From Chiloscyllium plagiosum (taxonomy: Eukaryota), in assembly GCF_004010195.1 (NCBI RefSeq), contig NC_057720.1, positions 33,200,172 to 33,264,171 on the forward strand: a stretch of DNA of 64,000 nt. Reading direction: 5' to 3'. This document shows, piece after piece, positions 1 through 12,930 of the stretch. The notes under the pieces were generated by a model. It saw only the letters and a list, made by a program, of their open reading frames with translations, had not been told where the DNA came from and made no database searches. Made by a program: the position numbers and the translations under genes. The first letter of the stretch is position 1. Each line of letters begins with the position of its first letter.

Positions 1-180
1 AATGCCCTGCCTGTAGCAGTGGTGGACTCTCCCTCTTTATGGGCATTTAAGCGGGCATTGGATCGGTATATGGAGGATAGTGGGTTAGTATAGGTTAGGT
101 GGGCTTGGATCGGCGCAACATCGAGGGCCAAAGGGCCTGTACTGCGCTGTATTCTTCTATGTTCTATGTTCTGTTCTATA
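1..180 (+). mobile_element. CR1 LINE 3' end (3'UTR and microsatellite tail)
   Basis: gagggccaaagggcctgtactgcgctgta followed by (TTCTATG)n tail; same pattern at 19372-19651. Confidence 0.85.
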
Positions 181-501
181 CGAGTTAAAGTTGTGGCTTC
201 TTTGATCTTTGCAATATAGAAATGGGAATCAAAAACTGTGGGCAAAATCTTTTGAGGTCTGAGAGACGTTGGATAGAGCAAACTTGTGGCAGAATTAGGT
301 AAGAAGCCCAGTGACCGATCGTGATATCGGGAACATCTTACTTGAACTTTTATGCTTTTGACAAATAGTAAGATGAGTTTCTTGCTCGGTAGCAGTGACC
401 TGCCAATTGAGGGGGATTATTATTTGTTAAGTGCTTGCTGCCATACCAATTTACCTGGATTAATATTCAGTACCTAACCTGCCAAACCCGCTAGACATTG
501 A

Positions 502-709
502 GAAACAAAAACAGAAATTTCTGGAAAAACTCAGTAAGTCTGGCAGCATCTATGAAGAGAATACAGAGTTAACATTTCAGGAGGAAGGGTCATTTGACAG
601 ATTCAAGACCAAGCTTAGTGCGAGCAAATAGCTGCAGATCCAAGCTCCTCTTTCATCCAAACTAGGCCTTTGTTTCTGATTTACAGCATCTGCAGTTCTT
701 TCAGTTTTT
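502..709. mobile_element. Degenerate fold-back remnant of Penelope-like element terminus
   Basis: gaaacaaaaacagaaatt..ctggcagcatc..gaggaagggtca and tttgtttctgatttacagcatctgcagtt; same family as 39599-39838. Confidence 0.6.
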
Positions 710-885
710 AGCCATTGAGAAAATTTGACATGGAAATCAAAGTGGGTACTTGGTGAATTAAGCTTGCTCAGAATGACCACCAGCACTAACATCTCAGGGG
801 ATGCTGCATGGGTACTAGCCGCATGTATCCCACTTCAACAGACATTGGTCCTAGTCCTATATCCTTTGCTTATAAATTTCTTTTT

Positions 886-1535
886 CCCTTATTCACTTGT
901 GGCACATGGACACTGCTGGCTGGCCAACATTTATTGCCCATTCCTGGCTGCCCTTGAGAAGGTGATGGTGAGCTACCTTCTTCAACAGCTGCAGTCCATA
1001 TGCTGTGGGGTTGACCCACAATCCCTTAGGGAGGGTAACTCCTGGATTTTGACCCAGTGACACCAAAGGAAAAGATATATTTTCAAGTCAGGATGGTGAG
1101 TGGCTTGGAGAGAAATTTGCAGGTTTTCCCATGTATCTGCTTTGCTTGTTCTTCTAAATGGAAGTAGACATGGGTTTAGAAGGTGCTGTCTAAGGTGAAT
1201 TTCTGCAGTGTATCTTGTAGATGGTACACACTGCTGCTGCTGAGCATTGGTTGTGGAGGGAGTGAATGTTTATGGATTTGGTGCTTTGTCTTGGATGGTT
1301 TCACAATTCTTTAGAGTTGCAGGAACTATATGTACCCAGTCAAGTGGGGAGTACTCCATTACACTCCTGACTTGTGCCTTGTAAATGATAGGCTTTGGGG
1401 AATTAAGAGGTGAATTACCCACCAAAGTATTCTCAGTTTCTGGCCTTCTCTTGTAGTCATTGCATTTACATGAAGAGTTCTGCTGAGTTTCTGCTTTATG
1501 GTAACCCCTAGGATGTTGGTAGTGGGGGATTCAGT
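886..1535 (-). mobile_element. L2/CR1-clade LINE 3' fragment (RT C-terminus and 3'UTR)
   Basis: Minus strand encodes YKAQVRSVMEYSPL (about 1340-1385); tail gggcaataaatgttggccagccagc shared with 4200-5070, 11565-12210 and 56305-56550. Confidence 0.75.
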
Positions 1536-1539
1536 TCAC

Positions 1540-1686
1540 TCATCATTAGATACTTAATTCTAGATTTTTTTGGTTGTTCAATTGAAATTCCACAATCTGC
1601 CATGTTGGGATTTGAACCCAGGTCCCCAGAGTTATAGTTGAGTTCCTGGATTATTACTCTAGCATTAATACTATTGGCCATCACCT
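1540..1686 (-). mobile_element. tRNA-derived SINE head (family of 27500-28030)
   Basis: Minus strand B-box-like gacctgggttcaaatccc followed by atggcagattgtggaattt, matching the 27500 copy. Confidence 0.6.
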
Positions 1687-1703
1687 GTCCAAGTTCTAAG
1701 TAA

Positions 1704-1925
1704 TACAGTCATTTCTTTTACAGCATGATAGTTGCGTTCCTGTGCAACCCTGCACTATACAAGATGGGCACATTACAAATAACACTTAAAATGTTAGCGA
1801 TGCAATTGTGCTATAGCCAACACGTGTTTTAAACGTATGTGCTTTAGAAACAGCATCCCCTATTTGTCAATGGCGTTACAACAAATTTGTATTGAAGAAA
1901 TGCAGATTACAGCAGAATGACCTTT
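1704..1925. mobile_element. Non-autonomous DNA transposon (Tc1/pogo-type MITE)
   Basis: Starts TA-CAGTCATT and ends with imperfect inverted agaatgacct; reverse-oriented homolog at 28697-28917. Confidence 0.55.
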
Positions 1926-2940
1926 TTAACTATTAGATGTCTGCCATGGCTCAGTATATGTACTCCTGAATCTCAGTAAGAAGAGTGAGCTCAGTAGTCA
2001 TTCTGGAGTCATGAGCATAATCATAACATGATTCTGAATGTTTTGTGAACCAATACATCCAGTATGTACCCCTGTATGCATGGTTTTGGACATGTTTGAA
2101 TTTCTAGATTGATGCATCATTCCCACTGTAACTATTTGTGAGTTTTACGCTGATGGACATATAAATATTTAAGTAACATCCATCGAGTTGTTGTATTGAT
2201 ATTTCATGCATCTGTTACTTTTTTCTCAACAGCCAGGAGCAGAAAAGGTGCTGATCTGTGTTGTTTCTAATGGAGCTGTCTGCTGATGCAGTGATGATTA
2301 CATCCTTGACATTGTGTGAGTGAGAGGTGAGACTTAATTTGAATCCAAATGAAAGGAAAAGAATGAAGCCTCTTGAAATCGCTACCCCTCGAGATATCCT
2401 TAACCTACAATTGATGACAGCAAATTGCAAATACTACAAATGGATCTAACTGTGTGAATCAGTATCTCCATGATTTATTAGTTTTGCTTGTCTTCTAATC
2501 AGGAATTCATCCTTCTCTGATATTTTCATATTGATGCCATGCGTAACCAGCCTGTGTCTGTGTGTAGATCACTGAAACCTGAAAACCTTATATGGATTCA
2601 GAATTTGAGGTTGGATTTCTGCTACCAAGATAGCTCAAATTGAAAGGTTTCTCAACTCAGCAAACCTGTCTCTGTTTCTGTGGCCCTCATTAACTGAAAA
2701 TTCTACTCTGGGAAGGTGAAGTTAGAACTGCAGCATCTGGTAGCAGTTTTTAGGCAGCTATAGGGACAACCAAATATCAAAGCAGGTGAATTAGAAGCTT
2801 CACTGCTCATCTTAGAACCTGTAAGTCCCTTTATCTCCCACCTACGTCCCATGCCTCTTCATAACTCCCTATGCCCACTCAATACAAACTCATACCCCAT
2901 GTTATCCCACACGCCCATGCCACCCTGACAATATTCACAA

Positions 2941-3163
2941 GTCATAGAGTCATAGAGTCATAGAGATGTACGGCATGGAAACAGACCCTTCGGTCCAATC
3001 CATCCATGCCGACCAGATATCCCAACCCAATCTAGTCCCACCTGCTAGCACCCAGCCCATATCCCTCCAACCCCTTCCTATTCCTATACCCATCCAAATG
3101 CCTCTTAAATGTTGCAATTGTATCAGCCTCTACCACTTCTCTGGCAGCTCATTCCATACACAT
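2941..3163 (-). mobile_element. CR1 LINE 3' end
   Basis: (tcatagag)n tail plus atgtacggcatggaaacagacccttcggtcc; near-identical to the starts of 22309, 53377 and 59405 copies. Confidence 0.9.
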
Positions 3164-4729
3164 ACGAGACAAGTAGATTTAAAACAATATTTTACCTTTA
3201 ACATTGTGGTAGACCTTTCACTCATACACACTTGGTACTGGGAAAAAAATAACTCACTTTCATGGGAAGGCCGGCTCAAGTGGTTGAATTCTTTTATTTT
3301 GCCCGTTTGTATGAACCCTTTCCAGGACTAGTTCAGTGAAACTGTCACCAGGTCACTGTCTCCAGAATGTGAAATGTTCCACTTCAATCATGCACCATAG
3401 TATGTTCATTATCTAGAGAGTCCCACCACTTCATCTTAACCAAATAATGGCTTGTTCTTCCAGGATTTTGATTCTTCTTATGATACAATGTGTCTCTCCC
3501 TCTCTGAGAGTCAGTGAATATTTAGGTTGGCAGATCAATGGCCAATTGGGTGGCTGCTTTATCCTGGATACTGTTCACCTTCTGAGTACTGTGGGAGAGG
3601 TAGGTGACAGATTGCCCAACTGCCCTGACTCCAGTTGTGTGTTAAGTGTAGTATTAATTGTCATTGAAGGCCTCTTCATGCCACCACTGGTCTTTACGAA
3701 AGATTGACGGGTCATTCAATACCAGTGGAGGCCACCCCTGAAAATCTCAGGCTGGTGGGGGTTGGAGGCAGAGTGGTCCTTCCTGGTCAGACAAACCTGT
3801 GGCCCACAGTGGGGCTCCACCTCAATGACAAGAGCTGCCCCAGTTGAAGACGACCATTTTCCCCTCCCCTTCTTCCCCCAGTCAAGGCTGCATGATCTTT
3901 GACCCCACTTCTTTGAACTCTGGATCTTCTCCAGAATCATTTTGTCTTGGGTCTGCTGTGATCTCACTGGTGGTCACAGTGGTGCGACTGCAACTGGATA
4001 GCTGCTGACTGTCTAATTGGCTGCATCCTGCTGGGACCAGGCCACCTTTTAGCAGATGTATACGAATACAGGTCATGAATTGTGAAGGTGGGACTGCCCC
4101 TGACTGTCCAGACCCATTAATGTTTCATCAACCTCTGTACACTGAATGCACTTCAAAAGTACTCTAACCACTGTAAATCAAGTTCAGGTGTCTGGTTGTT
4201 GTGTAAAGAATTGCACAATTGGTGGGCGATGGCCATCTCCAACAAAAAACATTTTCCCTTGACATTCAATGGCATTTCCATCACTCATTATGAAATCCAA
4301 GTGGTTACCACTGACCAGAAACCTCACTGGACTGGCAAACTGGGAATTTTGCTGTCTCCTAAAGTCTATCCATCATTTACAAGGTACAAACCGGAGTGTG
4401 TTGGAATATGTGTCACTTTTCTTATGGTGCAACTGAAGCTTGAATCATCCAGGACAAAGCAGTCCGCGTGATTAGTACCCCATTTGCCACCTTCAGCGTT
4501 CACTTCCTTCATCATCAACACATTGTGGAAGCAGTCTGTAGCAGGATGTACTGCACCAACCCGCCCATTTTCCTTCAAACTCGTGACATCTGCCATCTAT
4601 CAGCACAATGGGCAGGAGCTACATGGGCATACCACCACCAGCAGGTATCCCCCCTCCATCCCCAAGTAGCACACCATCCTGACTAGGAACTACTTTGCTA
4701 CTCTTATAATATCACTGGGTTAATATCCT

Positions 4730-4937
4730 GTGACTTGGAGGTGCCAGTGTTGGATTGGGATGGGCAAAGTTAAAAATCACACAACACCAGATGATAGTCC
4801 AACAGATTTGTTTGGAAGCACTAACTTTCAGAGTGCCACTCCTTCATCAGGTAGTGATGAAGGAGCAGTACTCCGAAAGCTAGAGCTTCCAAATAAACTT
4901 GTTGGACTATAACCTGGTGTTGTGTGATTTTTAACTT
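4730..4937. mobile_element. Fold-back mini Penelope-like element (second terminus family)
   Basis: Imperfect inverted repeat 4767-4849 / 4855-4937 (aagttaaaaatcacacaacaccag...ctggtgttgtgtgatttttaactt) with a hammerhead motif at the centre. Confidence 0.75.
4819..4853 (-). ncRNA. Minimal type I hammerhead ribozyme motif (PLE-associated)
   Basis: Minus strand uac-CUGAUGA-AGGAGUggcACUCU-GAAAGUUA-gug. Confidence 0.6.
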
Positions 4938-5297
4938 GGATGTTAACTAGCAGCCTATCAGGGACTGCAGCCATTTAATAAAACAATTTACCATCTCCTT
5001 CTCAAGATTAATGAGGAATGGGTTATGAATGCAGGCTTAGCCAGAAATACCCACAAATCTGTGAATAAATATGAAAAATAAATGAGTTGAAGTCCTATTA
5101 TTCTTGCTTCTAATCAATTATTCTCTATATTTTTAATTATATTATTCTGACACATGGAAGTATATATGTATGAAAGATTAAACAATCGCCTGGATTATAG
5201 AAATTATTAAACAGCAAAGTGAGTACTAAATGTTCTATAGGTGACCCATTCTCAAGATAAAGTGCATATGTGTTTGCAAAACTGTGTATGACAAGAT

Positions 5298-5375
5298 TTT
5301 TGCCTGAAATGTCAATTCCCCTGCTTCTCAGATGCTGCTTGAGCTGCTGTGCTTTTCCAGCACCACACTCTCACC
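5298..5375 (+). mobile_element. PLE terminal fragment with 11-bp TSD
   Basis: Flanked by tatgacaagat at 5287-5297 and 5376-5386; internal gatgctgc..ctgctgtgcttttccagcaccacactc. Confidence 0.75.
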
Positions 5376-8109
5376 TATGACAAGATGATGCTCCAGTTTC
5401 TTCAGCAAAATATAATTATTTCATTCCTGAAGATTAACTGAATCAACAAAAACGCTCTTCTGTGCTGATACATTAACCAATATAGTTAATACCAAATGAG
5501 TAAATGATCTGAGTTTCTGCATGGCTAATAAAGCAAAGGAATTGTCCGAAATTATTCATCAGACAGGAGATCAAAAGTTGACACTGTGTTGGGAAAATTC
5601 AATTGAGGGTTTATTGTCATGTGATTTGTGAAAGGGTTAAATAGAGGTAGTTTGATTCTTCAAAGCATGTGGCATGTTACAATATCCCATGGATGCAATC
5701 AAATACACAGTGAAGAAAGTACTTAATTTTATGTGAAAGAAGAATTGGTATAAGTCTGAAAAGTGCCGTGGATGTGGATGATCACCAGCTGGAAATGATA
5801 AATGCAAGAAGGGAAAACAAATCTTTCATTCACACACCTGTTAGTCAAGTGAGGACAATTACACCACCAGCAAATAATGTGATCTTAAAAAATGGCAGTG
5901 ACCAAGAAGAAGTTTCTCTGATTGAGCTGTATGTTGGTTTTCTGTTGGAAATAAGAGCTGTGGGAGATAATGATTAAGTTGAAGACCTTATGACAGACAA
6001 CACGAGCATCAACATTATAATACAACACAATACAGCTCAAGATGATGTTTTTAAGGCCATCGCTTAGTTAACCATTGCCAGATTCAGTCACAAACCATAA
6101 AGTAAAGTGAGACAAATAACAGAAACTTGGAAAATATTTGCTTAAAAAATTGTTTCAGCCATTTGTTGGGCACACAGGTTCACATTTTGGAACCTTATAT
6201 GTGCCCAGTTGAATTGGAAGTGAGCAGCACACAAACCAGCTTCTGTTCTGGTTGACTCTTAAAGGCACCTCTATTTCTACCACTGACAAGCTAAATGCTG
6301 TGGTTCTGAATTCATGAGGTCCAAGTAACTGGCTCTTCCTAAAGACAGGCTGACCCTCTTTTCAAGGAAAGTTGCAGTGAATAATATTGTGGAAAATTAA
6401 AGAATAGAAAATGGAATATCGCAGAGTTAGGGTTCCAAAGTGGCAGATATGGCACTGAAGACATTTAAGGTGGAGATGAGATATCAAGAGGAGACCCTCA
6501 TAATCAATATCAAATGGTTTGTGAGCAGGTGGCAAGATAGATACCTGAAGTCTGGATGCAAATAACCTTTATACTGCCATGAGATATCTAAAAAACCTTT
6601 CCTGGCTGGTTATCTCCTACCTAACACTCCACACTAATCTCTCTTGCTGAAAAATGTGGCGCACCACTATCATTTACTGATCAGATCTTTCTGTTACTCA
6701 GGTCTCAGGCCAAACTGCAGCCACTCCTCCCCCCGCCCACCTCGACACACAATATCAATGTTACCAGCCACATTGACACTTTTTGCTGGCTTCACAAGGC
6801 TTCAGCTATTCGGCTAAGACATGATCATGTCCATGATACACTATCCATGATACTTAACCTCCTCTTTCAAGGACAAGGTGTGTACAATGGAAGGAAGTAG
6901 AGCAGAATTGGCGAGGACAAGAAGGTTTGCACTGACTGGGGTCTTTGAAAGAGATGGTTCTCAGCATCACAGTGTCAGCTAAGAGGGTGCCCGTCTGATC
7001 CAGCATTGCTGGCAATGTTGAGGATGAGGAAATGTTCTGGCTTAATAACCCTTCTCAGCTACCAGCACATCATCATCCTGCCATTCGGTTGGCAATCATG
7101 TTGCTGATGGCATAACCATGGACTTCTTACTTCCCAAAACTACCTTTTTCAAATGCCATCATTCCCCATGTTTCAGATACCTAATGACTACTGCTTGTCT
7201 CACTGCAACAGCTAAAGGAGGGAGCGAGAGAGAGATCAACACCATTCCACTTATGAAGAAGTCCCATTGCTTGATCAGATATTGGCATTGCATGTATCTA
7301 ATGTGTCAGCATAGAGTTGGGAATATCACATGTGAATCAACCAATAATGTGCAAGCTTTAGCCAGTGGAGAATTATGATTTATGTCTCAGATCACTGGAG
7401 GACAAGGTCACAGAGTTTCTGCTGCAGGGGACACTGATGGAGAGTCAAGGTGTAGACATATAGGAGAAAGCAGATGGGTATGTGCACTGAGATGCCAGAA
7501 ACCTTGGATGACCCAGCTGACAGCATTCTCGCACTCTCAAGGAGCATGAACAAAGCTTGCTGTAGGTTGGTAGAGACCACTTACCGAGCTTGCATTCTCC
7601 ATAAACTTTGTTGCAACATCCTATGAAGCTACAAATCTAGAAGCAATGTCACTACTGACCTACAGCCTGTTACAGCCATTCCTTTTTTTTGTGGACAGTC
7701 ATCTAGTCTTTTTCCTGTACAGGTGCAGTAAGACTCAATGGCAAAAATAGAAACTCATTAAACATCTCCAAAAAGACTCATGATGACTCAGTAAATCATC
7801 TTTTGTGGTTGTGTCCTTATCCCATGTAAGCCTTTGGTGAAGAATGATGAAACATGAATGTTTTCCGAGCTGTGAGAATGGTGCCAGAGTTGCTGAGTGC
7901 TGTAGCTCCTTTTAAGTGTGAAAGAGACAGTGCCACTGTGATGTGAGTGATTGCTTGCTGCAATGAAGAGACACATTGATTGCACATGTGGCACCAATCT
8001 CCTGCAACAATGCTAACTCAGACTCTTAGGAGCATGAAGTTTTGAGTAGATAGTTGTACCTATCCTGACAAAGCATGGATCATTCATCCTCTCACAGCAC
8101 TGAGCAACC

Positions 8110-8250
8110 TAAAGGCACTGACCTCTGGACTAGGCTGTCTTCATCAGTTGAGATTTACTCTATTACCATCAGAATAATAAGAACCCTCTCCCGTACAGCC
8201 TGCAGGAGAACCTCTAGGATGGCATCATTGAGGTTTGGTGCCACTCTTTA
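8110..8250 (-). pseudogene. Harbinger transposon Myb/SANT-like DNA-binding ORF remnant
   Basis: Minus strand translates RVAPNLNDAILEVLLQAVRERVL, resembling the APRFSD..LEVLL..V..RR.VLF start of Harbinger Myb-like/NAIF1-type proteins. Confidence 0.5.
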
Positions 8251-8273
8251 CCTGGTCTCTGTCATCTCAATGG

Positions 8274-8413
8274 GTTGCCATGATGTGGGGATGCCAGTGT
8301 TAGACTGGCGTAGAAAAGGTCAGAACTTCACCTGATGAAGCAGCAGTTCTCCAAAAGCTTGTGATTTCAAAATAAACCTGTTAGACTACAACCTGGTGTC
8401 ATATGACTTCTGA
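8274..8413 (+). mobile_element. Mini PLE (second terminus family) with 12-bp TSD
   Basis: tcatctcaatgg at 8262-8273 and 8414-8425; mutated hammerhead cac-ctgatga-agcagcagttctcc-aaaagctt-gtg. Confidence 0.75.
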
Positions 8414-9034
8414 TCATCTCAATGGATTGGTGAAGGTAGTGAACAGAGGTTGAGTGAAGCTCTTAGTTTGCAGAGAGTGAAGTGCTGTCTGCACCTGACA
8501 ATGTTTCCTCTGCTCTACATACCTGCGTGACCAGGCAGCTACTCACCTGACTTACTCTTCCAGGAGTGGCTGCCAGATATATACCTCCAAAGTTCACACA
8601 GCAGCGGGAAACATGAAAAGGAATGTAGCAGCCCATAAGATCTCAGCAGGTTTCAGAATGTGGTACTTGGCACACGCATGCATCTGCAATGAGTTGCAAA
8701 GATGATAATGACACGGGAAACCCTATCAGTCCCAGAGTTGAAATCTCTCCCACTTTTCAAACCCATAGTGATATTTGGCCTCAGAAGAGAAAATTCCACA
8801 TACTGTATCTATGTGGTATCACTGAATGAACAGTTTTCTTGCTGAGGGCAAATGGAATGTTGTTAGAGTTGTTTTGATTATTTCTTTAAATATTTATCAG
8901 CTATAAACCTGTGCAGAAAAGTGTTTAAGCTCTTAGACTTCAGTAAACATAGGCAATGATATGAATTGTATGTCTCCCGTACAAGAAATATTAAGCATAA
9001 GCCAACCGATTAAAATGGCCGCCTCGCCCCTGTA

Positions 9035-9165
9035 ATAGCAGCAAAATACTGCAGATGCTGGAAATCTGGAATAAAAACAGAAAATACTGAAGAAGCCCAG
9101 CAGGCCTGGCAGCATCTCTGGAGAGAGAAACAGTAAAAGCTTTGAGTTGTGCGCTATTCTTCAGA
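9035..9165 (-). mobile_element. PLE terminal fragment
   Basis: ctgcagatgctggaaatctg..aaaacagaaaa..cagcaggcctggcagcatct motif shared with other PLE termini. Confidence 0.6.
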
Positions 9166-11564
9166 CGTTGCCCCATAATATATTATGATGCCATTATGTT
9201 GCTATTAATGCCATATGTACAAGCACATTATCACCAATTTATCAAATAAAAACAGAGTATGTAATTCTTTGCTGCAGAGGGAAATTGAGGTAGTGACTAA
9301 GGGAAGAGCAGAAAGTATTTGAAGTATGGCTCTGGCAAGTATGTGTGATTACATTTGCATTATTCTAACAAAGAGCAGGCAAACATAATTGCTGAATAGT
9401 CTCCATTTGTTTGCAAGCCACTACATTTCTGAAAATATGCCATCAAACCTTTGCCAATTTTTCCATTTTGTGAGGAAAAGAAACCTGCCTTTCCCTTGGA
9501 GGGCTGGGCTGAGATTATCATGACATATCACAACCTCAAATCCATACTCTTTCATTCTAAAGCATACATGACATTTCTGAAATTATTTACATTTATATAC
9601 ATTCTGTGTACAGTATGTACCATGTATTTGATGTGGTGGAGAAATCTAAATTTTATTATGTAAAGGGTTAAAAAGACAATGGCTGTTCTACAGGAAGTCT
9701 AAATAGGAAACTTTAAACTTGAGTGATGAAGAATTTTTTAACCCATACTTTTATGCAACTATATCTTTGTTTATGGCTCACTGTACAATAATAAATTTGC
9801 TTTTATGTTATATTTATTATCGCAAATGCCCTTTTATAGTATTCATCAGTGTGTTCCTTAAAATTCGATTATAGGCTCATTGGTAATGCTCCTTTATTCA
9901 ATCATTCACTCTGCCCTTGCATGGTGTATATTCAGTAGTTATCTATACCTTGGTTTCATGCTGTAAATCTCTTACTTTCCTATCTATCTGTCTATTTTCC
10001 ATCTATATACCTGTCCAATATCCCATTATCCCACTTGCTATGTTTCTGTATATGAATATATTGATCCAATTTTCTATTAATCTGTTCACCAAATGTATTT
10101 GTATATAGATAGAATTAATTTATATTCTGTTAACTGTTTTATTTCTATTGATTCCTGCACAGTGCAGATATGAATGTAAGAACCAATCTAATCAACTTAC
10201 TTAACTGTCAGTCCCTTTGTTTCTTTTGGAAACAAAATCTCTCTGTCCTTTTGTTTTTATCTGCTTATTCATATTAATTTACTCACGTCATTACCAATCT
10301 CTTCATTTCTCTTCCTGTTTCTTTGTGTCTCAGTCATTTCCACCACCTATCAATCTATTTTCTATTTATCTTAGTAGTTTTCCTCCCAATCATTCTCTCT
10401 TTCTCTATTTAATTGTTAGCTAGGACAGTGAATACTATGTGTTGTCCGACATTCATTCAGGTTCACAGGTCAAGGGCTATACAAGGAGCATAATCAAAGT
10501 ATCACAGGCCGCCATCATTTTTTTCAATAAAATATGATCGTGGCTGCCTTATGAATAAGATTGGGAGGCACAGGCTTGTTCCATTGTTGCCTCTAATGTT
10601 AGGCAACTAAGAAGCCAAAAGGGAGAGCAGTGGGTGTTTATCTAAATAATAGCAGGGCCTGGAAATAGCATCAAAATGGAAATGCAAACAGCAAATGTGA
10701 ATGACATAAAGGGAGCATTTGAGCAAGAATTCATTTTGATTGTCTGAAAGGCTGGACACAGTATTATCACTCGCACAGAGTACTTGTGCATTTAAAGTAC
10801 ATGAAGTACATTGTTTAAAATGCGATGTTTCATCGATGCTGAAGAGAATTAACCCAATCTCAGAAACTCTTTTTTTCTCCCCTTCCCTTTTGTGCATGTG
10901 TGTTTATTTCCCAGCACACAGCAGCAGCACTGATGCATTCACTGGAGTCTGATCGTGACTTAAAAAGGGTCTGCATCCGCTTTCTCAAGGGCAAGTTCAT
11001 TTTAGCTTCCCTGCTGTCGCTGAGGTATTAAAGCAAATCAGCCATGAAATAAGCTTCTTCCTCTGTCCTTAATCTAGCTGTCCGAAGTCATTCACGAAGA
11101 TGTCAAGTACACTTTGTCTAATGCAACTCCTCCCCCATCATACCCCAGTCTCTGGGGTTTCAGAGCATGTGGTAGGAAACAACAGTGAATCCGATCAAAA
11201 TTAGAGTGACTAGATAGATAGACCGACAGATAATAAGAATGTGTGTAAATTCTTAACGCATCTAATGCAACATCCTACTAGCTAGATAGAACATTAATGA
11301 TGCACAGGTGGTCTCATTGTACTTACCAAGATATTTTTGGAATAAATTAAAAGTGACTCAGGAAGCGGTCAGATTTACATATTTGTGCATATTTAAGACC
11401 TTTTGGTAGTTAGACAGTATAAACTTATAAAGTTAAAATCAAATGAACAAACATATTTATCGATGCATAACTGAATATATAGTGACTTATGCAGTAATAT
11501 TTTGTTTGCTGTCATTATTTATATTTAGTGACAAATACATGCTCTGTATTTGCTACTATTTGTC

Positions 11565-12210
11565 TTTGTTGTTGGCACGTGGGTGTCACTGGCTTATGGT
11601 CCGTCCGTAGTTAAGCTAGAGATGGAAGTGATGCGCTGCCATCTTAAACCATTGCAATCCTTGAGATGCGGGGATACTCACAGTGCTGTTGGAAAAGGAG
11701 TTCCAGGATTTTGATGCAATGGCACGAAGGAATGACAATATGGTTTGTGACATGGAGGGAAACTTGCTGGCATGGTATTCTTATGCGTCTTGTCCTTGTA
11801 GTTCATGGAGGTTGTGGGTTTGGAAGGTGTTATCAGAAGGGCCTTGGACAGTTGTCGCATATTGTTGGTGGTGCACTTTCCTGCCAATGTGTGTCATTGT
11901 TGTGTAATATTGAAGGTGGTGGGTGAGGTCCCAATCAAACGGCTTTTTTGTCTGGATGGTATCAAGCTTCTTGAATGTTGTTGGAGCTGTACTCACCCAA
12001 GTAAATGGGGAACTTCAACACTCTCCTGAGTTGTGCTTTTAGACGGTGGACAAGCTTTGGAGAAATAGGAGATAAATTTCTACGCTCTGACCTGCTCTGA
12101 TTATATGGCTAGTGCAGTACAATTTTTATTCAATAGTAACCCTGGGATGTTCATCATGAGGAATTCAGTGGTAATAATGATCTTGGATGTAAAGGGATGA
12201 AGATTAAATT
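11565..12210 (-). mobile_element. L2/CR1-clade LINE 3' fragment
   Basis: Colinear with 886-1535 (ttccaggattttga, ttgtctggatggtatcaagcttcttga, ctcctgagttgtgcttttag). Confidence 0.7.
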
Positions 12211-12349
12211 CTAACTTGATGCAGAAGGCATTTGTATGGTGTATCAAACAATTACCAACTACTGCATAAATCATTTCACATACCATTACCAGAAAGAGTA
12301 AAATGCTTTATCCTGTATAGCCTTTAACTGTATGTTGTATTTATGTTGA

Positions 12350-12930
12350 GTATAACAGTTGGGATATCATATTGCCGCTATACAAGACATTTGTTAGACC
12401 ACTTTTGGAATAATGTGATCAGTTCTGCACCCCCGCTCCCCGCCTCTGTACGAAGGATGTTTTTAAACTTGAAAGGGTCCAGAAAAGATTTATAAGGATG
12501 TTGCTGGGGTTGGAGAGTTTGAGCTTTATTTCCCATGAGCATCAAAGGCTGAGGGGTGACCTTGTAGAGTTTATAAAATCATGAGGGGCATGGATAGGGT
12601 GAATAGACAAGGTCTTTTTCCCAGAGTAGGGAGTCCAAAACCAGAGGGCATAGGTTTAAAGTGAGAGGGAAAAGATTTAAAAGAGACCTAAGGGGCAACA
12701 ATTTCATTCATAGGCTGGTTCCGGTATAGAACGAGCTGCCAGAGGAAGTGGTAGAGTGGTACAACTACAACATTTAAAAGGCATCTGGATGGGTATAGGA
12801 ATAAGAAGGGTTCAGAGTGATATGGGCCAAATGCTAACAAATAGGACTACATTTATTTAAGATATCTGATCGGCATGGATGAGTTGAACTTAAGGGCCTG
12901 TTTCTGTGCTGTACAACTCTGTAAATCTAT
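12350..12930 (+). mobile_element. CR1 LINE 3' portion
   Basis: RT C-terminal motifs (LYKTFVRPLLE, ggctgaggggtgacct) and 3'UTR gggcctgtttctgtgctgta. Confidence 0.85.

Larger units (their letters stand above)
4200..5070 (+). mobile_element. L2/CR1-clade LINE 3' fragment interrupted by a PLE fold-back
   Basis: Reverse complement of the 886-1535 family (tacaaggtacaaaccggagtgtgttggaata; tail gcaggcttagccag..tgtgaataaa). Confidence 0.65.

Noticed and set aside
7970..7996. IDCTHV-like Harbinger transposase motif (attgattgcacatgtggca)
   Set aside because: Needs a 2-nt deletion, and no flanking transposase motifs were found
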